Below, one piece after another: positions 12,462 through 22,563 of a stretch of DNA of 64,000 nt. The notes beneath the pieces are model-generated. The model had not been told where the DNA came from. It was given only the letters and a program-made list of their open reading frames with translations, and searched no databases. Origin of the DNA: Camelus dromedarius (taxonomy: Eukaryota); NCBI RefSeq assembly GCF_036321535.1, contig NC_087436.1, positions 75,518,001 to 75,582,000 on the forward strand, read 5' to 3'. Positions within the stretch are counted from its first letter, which is position 1, and each line of letters starts with the position of its first letter. The translations under genes were made by a program, and so were the position numbers.

Positions 12462-13758
12462 GTATCGTTGGCGTCACCCTCATTCTTGAGAGACTTTCCC
12501 ATCGCGAGGATGTAGATTGAAGTTACTTTCCGGGGCAACTTTTCCTCTAGTGTATCCCATATGGTTATGTATGCATTACATGCCTTTTTTTTTTTTTTTT
12601 TCATTACTAAGGGATAATCTGAAAAAAAAAATCACATTGGAATATTTGTGAAGACATCCAAAAGGTCTTGATTTTTCTGGCTATCCTTGAGAGGAATTCG
12701 CCGTACATTAACACAAAACCCAACTCTTATTTCCTCCTTTTTCTATTCTCCAAGATGTGCTAATGGTTTTCTCAGTGTTCATTTTGTTTTTCCCTGAAGA
12801 ACTTCTTGTTAATGATATCGCTGAGCAAACTGAGAGTTACTAGCAATGCCTCTGGGCTGAAATAAAATGGAAAATCTTAAATACCTGTTTGCCAAAAAGG
12901 CTTTGGGCTCTTTGGGAAGGCAGATTCATTTGAGCCTTTTGAAACTAGAACATTGGGAGCAAACATTTTAATTAAGTGAAGTTAATTTACGTTTATTTAT
13001 ACGTAGGGCACCTTGGAAAAGAATATGAGGACAGTTAGCAGAAAAATATACTTAAAACAGGGCAGTTGCAGTAAATATTATGAAGAAGAAAATTTAGAGA
13101 ATCTTTTAAAGTACAGGAGAGTTTATTATATCAGAACATGGGTGTGAGAAATTCTGAGTACTCTCTTGGGCTCGGATTTTCACCAGTAGCCAAGGAAAAC
13201 CAGAAACTGTGATGGATTGTCAAATTCTTGTTGCTGCTCCAAAGGGGCCTCTTCCTTGTCTAGAAAAGCAGCCTTTTCTCACATAAATTCTAAGAGAAAT
13301 TTGTTGCCTGGACCCCTCTTTAGTGGGTGATGGATGACATAATGGATAGTAACACAACTACCATTTTTGCCAAAAATACAGTAATGGCCTTTATAGGAAT
13401 GCTTCTTAAAATCATCCATAAAAACTGAGGCCATAATGTTAAATCGTTATCCACTGTATGTGAATCTCTGGAGAACCAAGCCAATATTGTCCAGTGTGCT
13501 ATATTTTTTTTCCATGATCTAGTCTGGCAGCCTTTCAGGACCTGAGAGATTTGACTAGTTAACATCACCTTCGTTTGGCCTCTCACAAATAGTAATGTTA
13601 TCACCCTGTGCTTTGTATAGAATGCAGGAAAAACAGTTTTCTGAAAGGATGTATCTGGTGAACTGGTCCAAGTGGTTTTGATTTAATTAGGGTCTCCCCT
13701 TGGTGGTAACATGTACATGATCCTTAGATTGTTTTTTGCATTTTATTCCTATTGGCAG

Positions 13759-13935
13759 CCTGTCATTTCTCTTGCCTGACTTGTGTGGGTCCGCAGCCCT
13801 CTCAGTGCACCCAGTGCAAGAAGCCAGAGGAAGGACTGCAAGCTGAGCAGCTGTCTGGGGCAAACATCACCTCTGGCGAGTGCCTGCCCCAGTGCAGAGC
13901 CCATTTTCACTTGGAGAACACGGGGCTGTGTGAAG
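13759..13935 (+). CDS. FRAS1: FRAS1 exon, extended furin-like repeat (A)CHFSCLTCVGPQPSQCTQCKKPEEGLQAEQLSGANITSGECLPQCRAHFHLENTGLCE
   Basis: attggcag|CC acceptor, GAAG|gtgagt donor, 177 bp; KKPEEGLQ insert characteristic of FRAS1. Confidence 0.96.
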
Positions 13936-14305
13936 GTGAGTAAGCCCGATTTGAGGACATGTTGGGTAGCTTCTGGGCTCACCTCTTAAGAGATCCTGTG
14001 AGGTGGGGCCAAAGCCAGAAGATCTTAGTTTTCCTGTTACAATGGTTCCTGGATGCTTGTGGATGGAACCCAAGACCGGCATGCGAAAGCGTGGCCCCAC
14101 TGATGGCCTCCTTCCCTTTGTGAGTAATGGATGATCTTAAAGAGTGAACAGCTCTTACCCCTCTGTCCCCAGAGTCACACTCAGAAATTCCAGGGAGGGA
14201 TTCTTTCAGAGACAGTGTAAGTAGCTGAGACAGACCTAGAGCTCGCTGTAGAATTCCATTTATTTGTTCTAATTTGCTGCTCTGAATATGAATTGGTCCC
14301 TTCAG

Positions 14306-14409
14306 GGCAAAATCTGGACTTCTGTCAAAATTTAAAAGTGATTCCCCCCATTGTCTTGGCATATCATCTACAGAGAATTGATGCCCTCCTGAATAATTTG
14401 ACTCAGTAG
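14306..14409 (+). CDS. FRAS1: Candidate alternative terminal exon of a short FRAS1 isoform: (G)QNLDFCQNLKVIPPIVLAYHLQRIDALLNNLTQ*
   Basis: ggtcccttcag|GG acceptor 370 bp after the 13935 donor; open in phase 1 to TAG at 14407-14409; no transcript evidence available. Confidence 0.35.
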
Positions 14410-15544
14410 CCTGGTCATCTGTAGGTGGTTGAGAAGATGAACAGGAGATATATACTCACCATCTACCACCTAAACCCAATGGCCTTTACCATTTTTCTGT
14501 ACTATAGCCAAGTCTTTTTCCCTGTGCATAGCTTTGAGTTTTTATTTTTGCAACCTAACTGTAAGCATCCTGCAGATTCAGTTTTGTATTTTACAAGCCC
14601 ACTTATTGAAGTGGCTTCAATTTTACATTGGAATATACCCTCACGTGGAAATGCTGGATTTCAAGGTTAGATGAAAAGATTTTGGACACAGGAGTTTATG
14701 GCACAGTAGAAAGTATGCAGAATTGGAATACCAAGACCCCAGGCCAGACACGTAAGCTCTCTGAGCCTTTGTATTCACAGCGTTAGAAGAGGGATAATTA
14801 TTTTTCACACAAGCTTTTTGCCAGGATCAAAGGAAGTGCAGAGCGTGTAAGTGCTTGGTCAATTGTAAAGCCCCCATGATCAACTGGTATAAATCTCAGG
14901 CCATATACTCGGGTGTTCAGGAATATTATAGGGGTAACCGCCTGCTCCCTGGGAGGCACTAGGCTACAGGGGTTTGCCTGGTGCCTAAAATTGAAGAAGG
15001 GTCTGTTCTTTCCAGACATGCTGGTTTCTACCCATTGTGCATCGCCCAAACTCTCTGTGGTCCCTTCAACTCCTGTGGCTCTGTTTCCACTACCACTTGT
15101 CACTAAGAGTGACAGTGCCTTCCCAAGTCTTCGTCACTAAGAATCTTCGTCACTAAGAGTCCCAGTGCCTTCCCAAGGCTTATCACACAGCCTTCCCTTT
15201 TGATCCCAGGAGAAGTAAAGAAGAAATCTTCCCAGGCTATTCAGCGTAGTTAGCCTTTTCCTATGATTTTGATCATTATATTAAAAATAAAAAATAGGGA
15301 ATTTGGAGAAGGATCAGAAAAGAGATACAAAAATGCTTAACATTTTGAAAGTTAAATTGTTAATAACAATTAGAGTAACCAGGGTCGTTCAGCCAGAAAA
15401 TGATGTTCCTGTTTATTCGGTGCACATGGTAATGCAGACATTGTGAGAAGCGGCTTGTTCTTTTCACTTGGTCCTGATACCAACCTGACAGGGTCAATAG
15501 GACAACTATTTTATTTTATTTATTATCTTTTTTCCTAGTGGGAC

Positions 15545-15685
15545 AACCGTTTTAGAGGAGAAGAAACTGAGGCTGGAGGAAGTTAAGGCTGTAACTTGCT
15601 CAATGCCATGTAGCCAGCACAGAGTAGAGTCCAGTGGGGACTTGAGTCAGCCTGACTCCAGCATCCATGCTCTCTCTACACCAGG
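15545..15685 (-). mobile_element. MIR SINE
   Basis: gaagaaactgaggctggaggaagttaag...aacttgctcaa. Confidence 0.7.
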
Positions 15686-16338
15686 ATGCTGCTATCATAT
15701 GGTCACTGAAGGGGCAAAAGCACAGCATACCAACGCTGCAGGATTGAGACATCTTAAATTTAAGAAAGCATCTTTGACAAAGGGGGGAGTTTTCTGGGAA
15801 TCCCTTTATATAGACACCTCTTAAAAAGGATTAGAATCTAATCCCTCTGGAATGGTTTAGTTGTGGTCCCGTGTGAAAGGGCTAGACTGACCTCTTGAGG
15901 CCCCGTGTTGCCCCGTGATTTTAGGCTAATTAACATAATATTATTAGGTATCACACATATAGCCCTCTACTCATATTTATTACCAAATCCCACACAATCT
16001 CTGCTAGGCAGATTGTTGTACTCAATTTATAAGTGATGAGAATGTGGGAGAGGGAGGTTAATTGAGTTGCCCAAAATTCCACTGGGAAACTGAGCGTAAC
16101 CACCGATTGTTTCCAACCTTACCTGAGTAGTAAGTGTGTTGATTGATGTATTCCCTGTCACTCATCCCGTATCTCAGGAAACCTTTCTGCCTCCCCACAA
16201 TCTGTTCATTTTCGATTCTGCTGAAGCGTTGTCTCTGAAATCAGGCCTGGGAGCCCTGTGAGATTGCACTGGGCTCCCCTCCTCACATTCCAGGAAACAC
16301 CCTTGCCTCTTCAAAGAACATTTTGAAAGGTTAGAGTT

Positions 16339-16340
<2 letters not shown>

Positions 16341-16379
<39 letters not shown>

Positions 16380-16389
16380 GGCGCGCGCC
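16341..16389. repeat. (GT)18 followed by a short GC repeat
   Basis: Read directly. Confidence 0.95.
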
Positions 16390-16774
16390 ACTGAGAGTTG
16401 ATTTTACAGCCCTTTTGATCGCTAAGCTTTTCATAAAGAAGGAAAAAGCAACTGTTTTCTGGAACTCTCCCTCTTCCTCTCTGAGACTGCAGCACAGAGT
16501 GATTAGAATATGACTGCGGCTAATGAAAGTGAGAGGCGGATGCATTAGAGGGAGTAGCAATTTACTTGGAGTCTGAATATTGTCAGAAGTTATTATAAAA
16601 GTTTCTACTCTAGAGCTCTATGACAATCCAGGAAGGATCTTGTGGAAGATGAAGCAAATTTACTCAAGATATCTGACTAAGATCCAAGTCTGTGACGGAA
16701 AGACAAAAAATATAACATTAACAAACAGTGACCAAAGAGATATTGTTTATTATTAGCCAGAGAACGATCTGTCT

Positions 16775-16960
16775 TGATTCATTCCTTCTATAAATGTTTA
16801 TTGAATGTTTTGTGGGTACCAGGCATTGTCTAGGCACTTGGGGTGCACGTGTGAATGAGTCAGAGGAAATTCCTGCTCTTCTGGAACTTATATGCTGGTG
16901 AGAGAGACAGACAATGAGTAAATAAATGAATAACAACACCAGCAACAAAGCCCATGGTAT
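16775..16960 (-). mobile_element. L2 3' end
   Basis: ttcattcc...aatgtttattgaatg...ccaggcattgtctaggcacttgggg. Confidence 0.7.
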
Positions 16961-17127
16961 ATATACACTTGGCTCGTGGTCTGTACTGTGAAGCCCACAG
17001 CCAGGGAATGAGGAAGGCAGGGGCTAGCTGAGGTGGGCTCCAAAGCAAAAGTGCTTTGGTGGGAAGGGTACGGAAACCTGCGTGTGTTTGTCCTGTATTT
17101 TTGACTCATTCTCAGAAATGAACTTGG

Positions 17128-17267
17128 GAGGGGGAGGGTGTAGCTCAGTGGTAGAGTGCATGCTTAGACATGCATGAGGTCCTGAGTTCACTCTCTAGTA
17201 CCTCCATTAAAAAAAAAAAGCAAAATTAATAAATAAATAAAACCTAATTACTTCTCCCTCCCCCCAA
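17128..17267 (+). mobile_element. tRNA-derived SINE (camelid Vic-1-like), same family as the 1223 copy
   Basis: GGGGAGGGTGTAGCTCAGTGGTAGAG...GAGTTCACT...AAACCTAATTACTTCTCCC; TSD AAATGAACTTGG at 17116-17127 and 17268-17279. Confidence 0.9.
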
Positions 17268-17859
17268 AAATGAACTTGGTTACTTCAGAAGATGGGACTC
17301 TAACATGATGCTTCTTTTTCACATGGCCTCTATGTTTTCAAAGTGTGACCAGAATTGCTGGTACAAAATAAAATCTGTTACTAATTGTAAGAGATCATTT
17401 GAAGGCATTGTCAGTAATCAACCAAAATTGTGCCCGTTTATTAAATATCAATCTTGAGTATTAGCTAAAAGAAGGATTTTAGTGATTTTATTCAGCGTTT
17501 ATCTCACCAGTTTAACTAATTGTTCACTAGCATTGATGGATTCTACTTTCTAAAACAAATGGAAAACCCAAGAAATACCCAATACCAGGGGCACTGTTCT
17601 CACAGTAGTTTATGTGACTGGTGCCTCCTGAAGTCATATAGTGACTGTGCAGCCCATGTGGATGGGTGGATGGACGGTAGGAAGGATCCGGGGCTCTGGT
17701 CAGTAGGAGGCCCCTCCTCTCTCCCATGGGTGGTCCTTGGATCACGTCAGATTGCTCAACTCAGTCTCAGAGTCTCCTTCCACTCTTATTGAAGACTTTT
17801 TTTTTTTAAAGGATTCAACTATTTTGAAAACCCAGCTTTTAGTTGAGGTTGCTCTAGAG

Positions 17860-18005
17860 TTGAACTTCTCATAGGAATCTCCTGGGAATCTTGTTAAAAT
17901 ATGGATTCAGATGAATGGTCTGGGGTGGGGTCTGAGCATCTGTATTTTAACACGTTCCAGGTGAGGCTGACGTTCCTGGTCCACAGACCTTGGTTTGAGT
18001 AAGCA
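17860..18005. mobile_element. MER5A-like hAT-Charlie MITE
   Basis: gaatctcctgggaatcttgttaaaa...ggtctggggtggggtctgag...ggtccacagacc. Confidence 0.7.
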
Positions 18006-18168
18006 AAGCCTCTAATCAAAGAAGGACAAATACGGCATTTTATCACCTGCATATTTGTTTCTAACAGTTAAAAAAAAATCCCAATTTTTATTTCTTCTCA
18101 CTGCGTGCATTTTACATATTACAGAAACTTAAAAAAATCCAGATAAAGAAAACAAAAACATCTATTAC

Positions 18169-18345
18169 TAGGTTTACCCAGATTTAACAAATAAAAATAT
18201 AGGATTAGGAAATGAAAATATTTAGCAAATAAAAAAAAGAAATGTCTAGTATGTCCCACATGTTACCTGAGATATTCTAAAATATTTTTTATTGTTTATT
18301 TCAAACTAAACTTAACTTATCCTTTATTTTACATGTAAATCCTAC
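18169..18345. mobile_element. Second, more degraded MER53-like MITE
   Basis: taggtttacccagatttaacaaataaaaatatagg...agtatgtccca...tttattttac. Confidence 0.6.
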
Positions 18346-19205
18346 TTACAACTCTTCTATCTTGAGATTACCTCTTTTAATCTTTTAGCATAGATTCTTA
18401 TAATTATTTACATAAAAACATATAAATCACTTTATAGTTTATAAATTTTTTACAACTCAATTTTATTGGAAATTCTGTGAGTTTATATTTACTCCCATTT
18501 TATAGATGAAAAAAGTGAGGCTTAGAAAGAACTAACTTAAGAATAACATAGCAATGGGGGATCCAGGCTCTAATAGAGAACATAATTGCTCAGGAAATGT
18601 TTCCTTCTTTCCGAGCCTAGATCTCTTCTTCTGCATTTCACACTGGAACTTAACAATTTAATTTTAGGCCAGGCCATCTCAATTAATGCTCCAGCTCAAT
18701 CACCATTGCTCAATCCAGCTCAATCAACAGTTTGGCAGTGGTAGAGCAGGATGGGCTATGAACATGGTCAGGATGACTAGATTAGCCTTGTAATTGCCCC
18801 GATTCTCTGGCAAATTAATGATGGATTTTTTTTTTTCAATTCCCACAAAGTTCAGCAAGAGAGTTCAAGATAATATAATTTTGAGGAAAGTACAAGTTTT
18901 ATTTTTAAAATGAACTCTGTTGTGCAATAATGAATGTTACCTACGTATCTTCTAATGTATTATGTCAGTAGAAACACTGTGGTTCAAGCAAGAATGCAGA
19001 GGCAATAAACATCCCAGTCACCCCCATCCCTGCATCGCTGCCTTTTCATTGTACTTAGAATGTCACAGAACTTTCTTTGGTCAGGGAAACATCAGGGAAA
19101 TTTTTGCAACTAAATTTTTCCAAGCCTTCTTTTTCTGTTGAAGATAGTATTGCCTCTTTAGGCGGGTCTTACTTCATAGGGCAAAATTGCACAAAATCAA
19201 TACAG

Positions 19206-19566
19206 GTTTTTATCTTTTTTCCAGTTTTATTGAGATATAATTGACATATCACATTGTATTAGTTTAAGGCATACAACATAATGATTTGATATATTTATGT
19301 TGCAAAATGATTCCCACATTAAGTTTAGTTGACATCCTTCACCTCACAGAGTTGCAATTTTTTTCCTGTGTTGAGAACTTTTAAGATGTACTCTCTTAGC
19401 AACTTTCAAATAAACAGTACAGTATTGTTGGCTATGGTCACCATGCTGTATATTACATTCCCCCCAAACTTATCTCATAACTAGAATTTTGTGCATTTTG
19501 ACCACCTTAACTCATTTCCCCTCCTCTTATTCCTACCCACCCCCCAGCAATCACCCATCTGTTGTC
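19206..19566 (-). mobile_element. L1 (L1MA-like) 3' end
   Basis: T-rich tail then ttttattgagatataattgaca...ctctcttagcaactttcaa, typical antisense L1MA 3'UTR. Confidence 0.8.
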
Positions 19567-20615
19567 GGAACGTCATCATTCAGCCCAGCTCTTGCTCTTG
19601 GTTGTCTCTCCAACATTTGTGATTATCCAACCCACATCCTTTGTTCTCAGTGGCTCCCAGTAGTTGAGGGTGTGCCAACACCCCATCCCAAAGGGGAGGA
19701 TCTTAGTCAGCACCTAGATGTTGGCTGATTGGAGCCAGACCCTCAGGCAGCAGCTCCTAAAGTGTGCAAGTGAACCTCTTTCAGAGAAAGACTGGGAGAT
19801 GGGTGTTCCTGTCCACGCCCTCTGCGCTGAGCCCTGGGGTGACAGCTGGTTAAGAACTGTTCCTCTGTTTGCTACAATCCCACAGAACCCACAGACTCAA
19901 ACCCTGCTTAATCACCATAGTCATCTAGGGGTGTGTCCTCTGGGCAGCAGCTGTAAAAGCCAGGGCACCAGACGGTATCCTCCCACCTCCCAGGTCTCAG
20001 AAAAGGCTAGCAGGCACTCAGCCTCTACGTGTGTGTAAAAGCAGAAGCCTGACGCTCAGGCTGCAGCTTTTCATATAGGCAAATATGTTTCTTTCAGGAG
20101 AAGACTGGGAGATGGGCGTTTCTGACCGATGCGCCTGCGCCGAGCCCTGGGCGATAACCACCACAAATCTTAGAGAGCCTGTGAAGAGCTATGTCTTTGT
20201 ATGCTCTAGTCTTACAGGCCTTCTGGAGTCAAGCCCCACTGGCTTTGAATTTTTGCTTCATTGGCTTGGAGTTTTGGGGGCCCATTTCCAAGACAGAAGT
20301 CCTAAATTTAGGGTTCTAGATGTTAGATTCAAATCCTTCACTCCTCGGGGAGAAGCTGGGCGTTGTGAGTTCCCACCTGACAGTATGTTGCTGTTCCAGG
20401 GGTAGGGTTTGTGGCAAGACTGTGTCTCAGCCTTTCCTGTCCATTTTGATGTTTTTTTTTTTTTCTTTTTCTTCAAACTTACTTAACCTGTAGGAGTCAC
20501 TCAGCCAATTTCTGGATTCCTTTCAGAGGGAATTGTACCATGTATAGCTGTAGATTTGGTGTGACTGTGGGACAAAGTGAACTCAGGAGCCTCCTATGTT
20601 GCCATCTTGGACCAA
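19567..20615 (-). mobile_element. L1 5'UTR-like segment with two diverged ~108-bp units
   Basis: Ends in gccatcttgg (reverse complement of the CAAGATGGC YY1 motif at L1 5' ends); repeated units at ~19731-19838 and ~20044-20151. Confidence 0.65.
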
Positions 20616-20989
20616 AATGAGTTTCTTTTTTAAATGAGAAATTCACTTTTTTAAATGAGAAATTCGGTTAATTAATGAACTTGCTTTAGGTGAATAGGAA
20701 GAAATAAAGTATATTGTGGTATTTTGATCTATGTAGTTGTTCCTAAAATTCACCAAAGGCCTAAAGGCACAGAATTTTAATTAAAGAAATAAATGGGCAG
20801 GAGTCGGCATCCTCTGTTTGAGTACGTTACTATTTATGAAGTTGGGATTCCCTTGCATTAATTGAATGAAATACGTGGCATCTCTATTAGGCAACACTCC
20901 TTAATGTAGTCCCTAGAGTGCTGACATAAGTTGTACGAATGCATGCCTTCTGGAAATGTTCAGTCTTCTTCACTTTCCCCTTCTTGCTT

Positions 20990-22385
20990 TGATAGCATGG
21001 GTGTGCTAGGCTTTGGGAATAGAAAGATGAAAAAGATATAGACCATGCCTTCAGGAAAGCGTGATGATGTAGGGGAGGCTGACATCTGAACAAGTGATTA
21101 AAAGAACATGATGCATGTTGTAATGACAGTAGACACAAGATTCAGGAAGAGTGCAAAGGAGACTGACTGTCTGGGTAGAGGGTATGCGGAGAAATGTGTA
21201 GGGGGAAAGCTACACCATCATGCTGTTGAAGGTCAGTGGGAGCTCACCAAGCAAGAAGGTGGAAACGGGCATTCTGGGACAGGGAAGCAGCAAGTGCAAA
21301 GGCATGGCATGTTTGGAGAAGTACCATGCATTTGGTATTCCTGTGGTATAAAGTCCAAAGCAGTGAATTGTAGAGAGTGATACTTGAGACGTGGGGGTGA
21401 TTCATGTCATGAAGTGCTGGTGTGCACTGTGCTAAGGAGTTTCAAGTTGACATTATTGGTTTTGGAGAACCATTAAAAGATTTTAAGTAGAAGAAGAAGT
21501 TGGTCAGTTTGCATTTTGTAGCAATCTATCTGGTGGTTGTGTGGCAGGTAAGTGGGGAGAAACGGAGTGGGGCTGGCCAGGAAGCTGCTGCACTAACCCA
21601 CATCATGGGTGATGTCAAAGGTCTGCATGAAAGATCACAGGGACAATTAAATTGAGATAGATTTGACAGAGATTTAAGAAGTAAAAATCAGCATATCTTA
21701 GATGTGTTGTGGTGATGGAAAAGTGGAAGTCTAGGGTTTTTGCCATGAGTGACTTGGTGAATGGTGAGGTAACAGGTGAGCCAGGGACTACAAAAGAAGG
21801 ACCAGGTTGGCGGTAGGATGCGAGGTTGGGGGTGGACATTGAGTACAGTTTGGACGGAAGGAATGTGATGTCATAATTTACAGTAAGTAGGCAGGAGCTG
21901 AGCTTGGGAGTGGATAATGGTGGTATTGGCAGAATTAGGAATATGAGATACCAACGAAACACCAAGTAGAGATATCCCCAAGGCGGTTAGGTTTGTGTGA
22001 TTAGAATTCAGGGTAAAAGTCAGAGCTGTAGACTCACCTGCATGGAGGTCATCATTAATGCTATGACTAAGTTTGCTCAAGCGTGAGAAGAGCAAGAGCA
22101 GAGGGTACAATTTGGGGAAGCTCCTCCATTCATGACGTGAACAGAGAAGGGCTGAAAAGAAATGATCAAAGAGAAAGGAGACCTAGAAGTGTGCTGTCAG
22201 TGTTTCCACCCACCCACCCACCCACTGACCCTCCTACCTGCCCCCCCACCCATTCAGTTAGCAGAAACTCATTTATTGGGAACATGTGACATGCCAGGGA
22301 CAGGGACTATGACAGATACTGTGGGAATCACAGAGATTGAGAAGATGAGATTTTTTACTCTTAAAGGCTTCCCAATCTAGTAGCA
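20990..22385 (-). mobile_element. L2 fragments
   Basis: Purine-rich antisense L2 text (gtgctaggctttggg, aaggagtttcaag, catttattgggaac); approximate boundaries. Confidence 0.55.
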
Positions 22386-22415
22386 GGTGGGGAGGTAAAT
22401 TAAATCATTTTCATT

Positions 22416-22563
22416 AAAAAAAGAGAAAGAGAAGGGGGAGAGGGAGAGGGCCGGGAGAGAGAGAGAGAGAGGAGAAAAGAAAAGAAAAGAAAAGAAAAAG
22501 AAAAGAAAAGAAAAGAGAGAGAGAAAAGAAAAGAAGGAAAAGAAGGGTGAGCAAAAGGAGGGG
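22416..22563. repeat. (GA)n/(GAAAA)n polypurine tract
   Basis: Read directly; only purines on + strand from 22453 to 22547. Confidence 0.9.

Noticed and set aside
12990..13560. Possible ancient LINE remnant, and CR1/L3-like ends near 15850, 49300 and 51780
   Set aside because: Too degraded to assign family or boundaries without an HMM search
17128..17206. Possible tRNA-Ala gene (also at 1223)
   Set aside because: Degenerate stems, A-rich tail and TSDs show SINE copies
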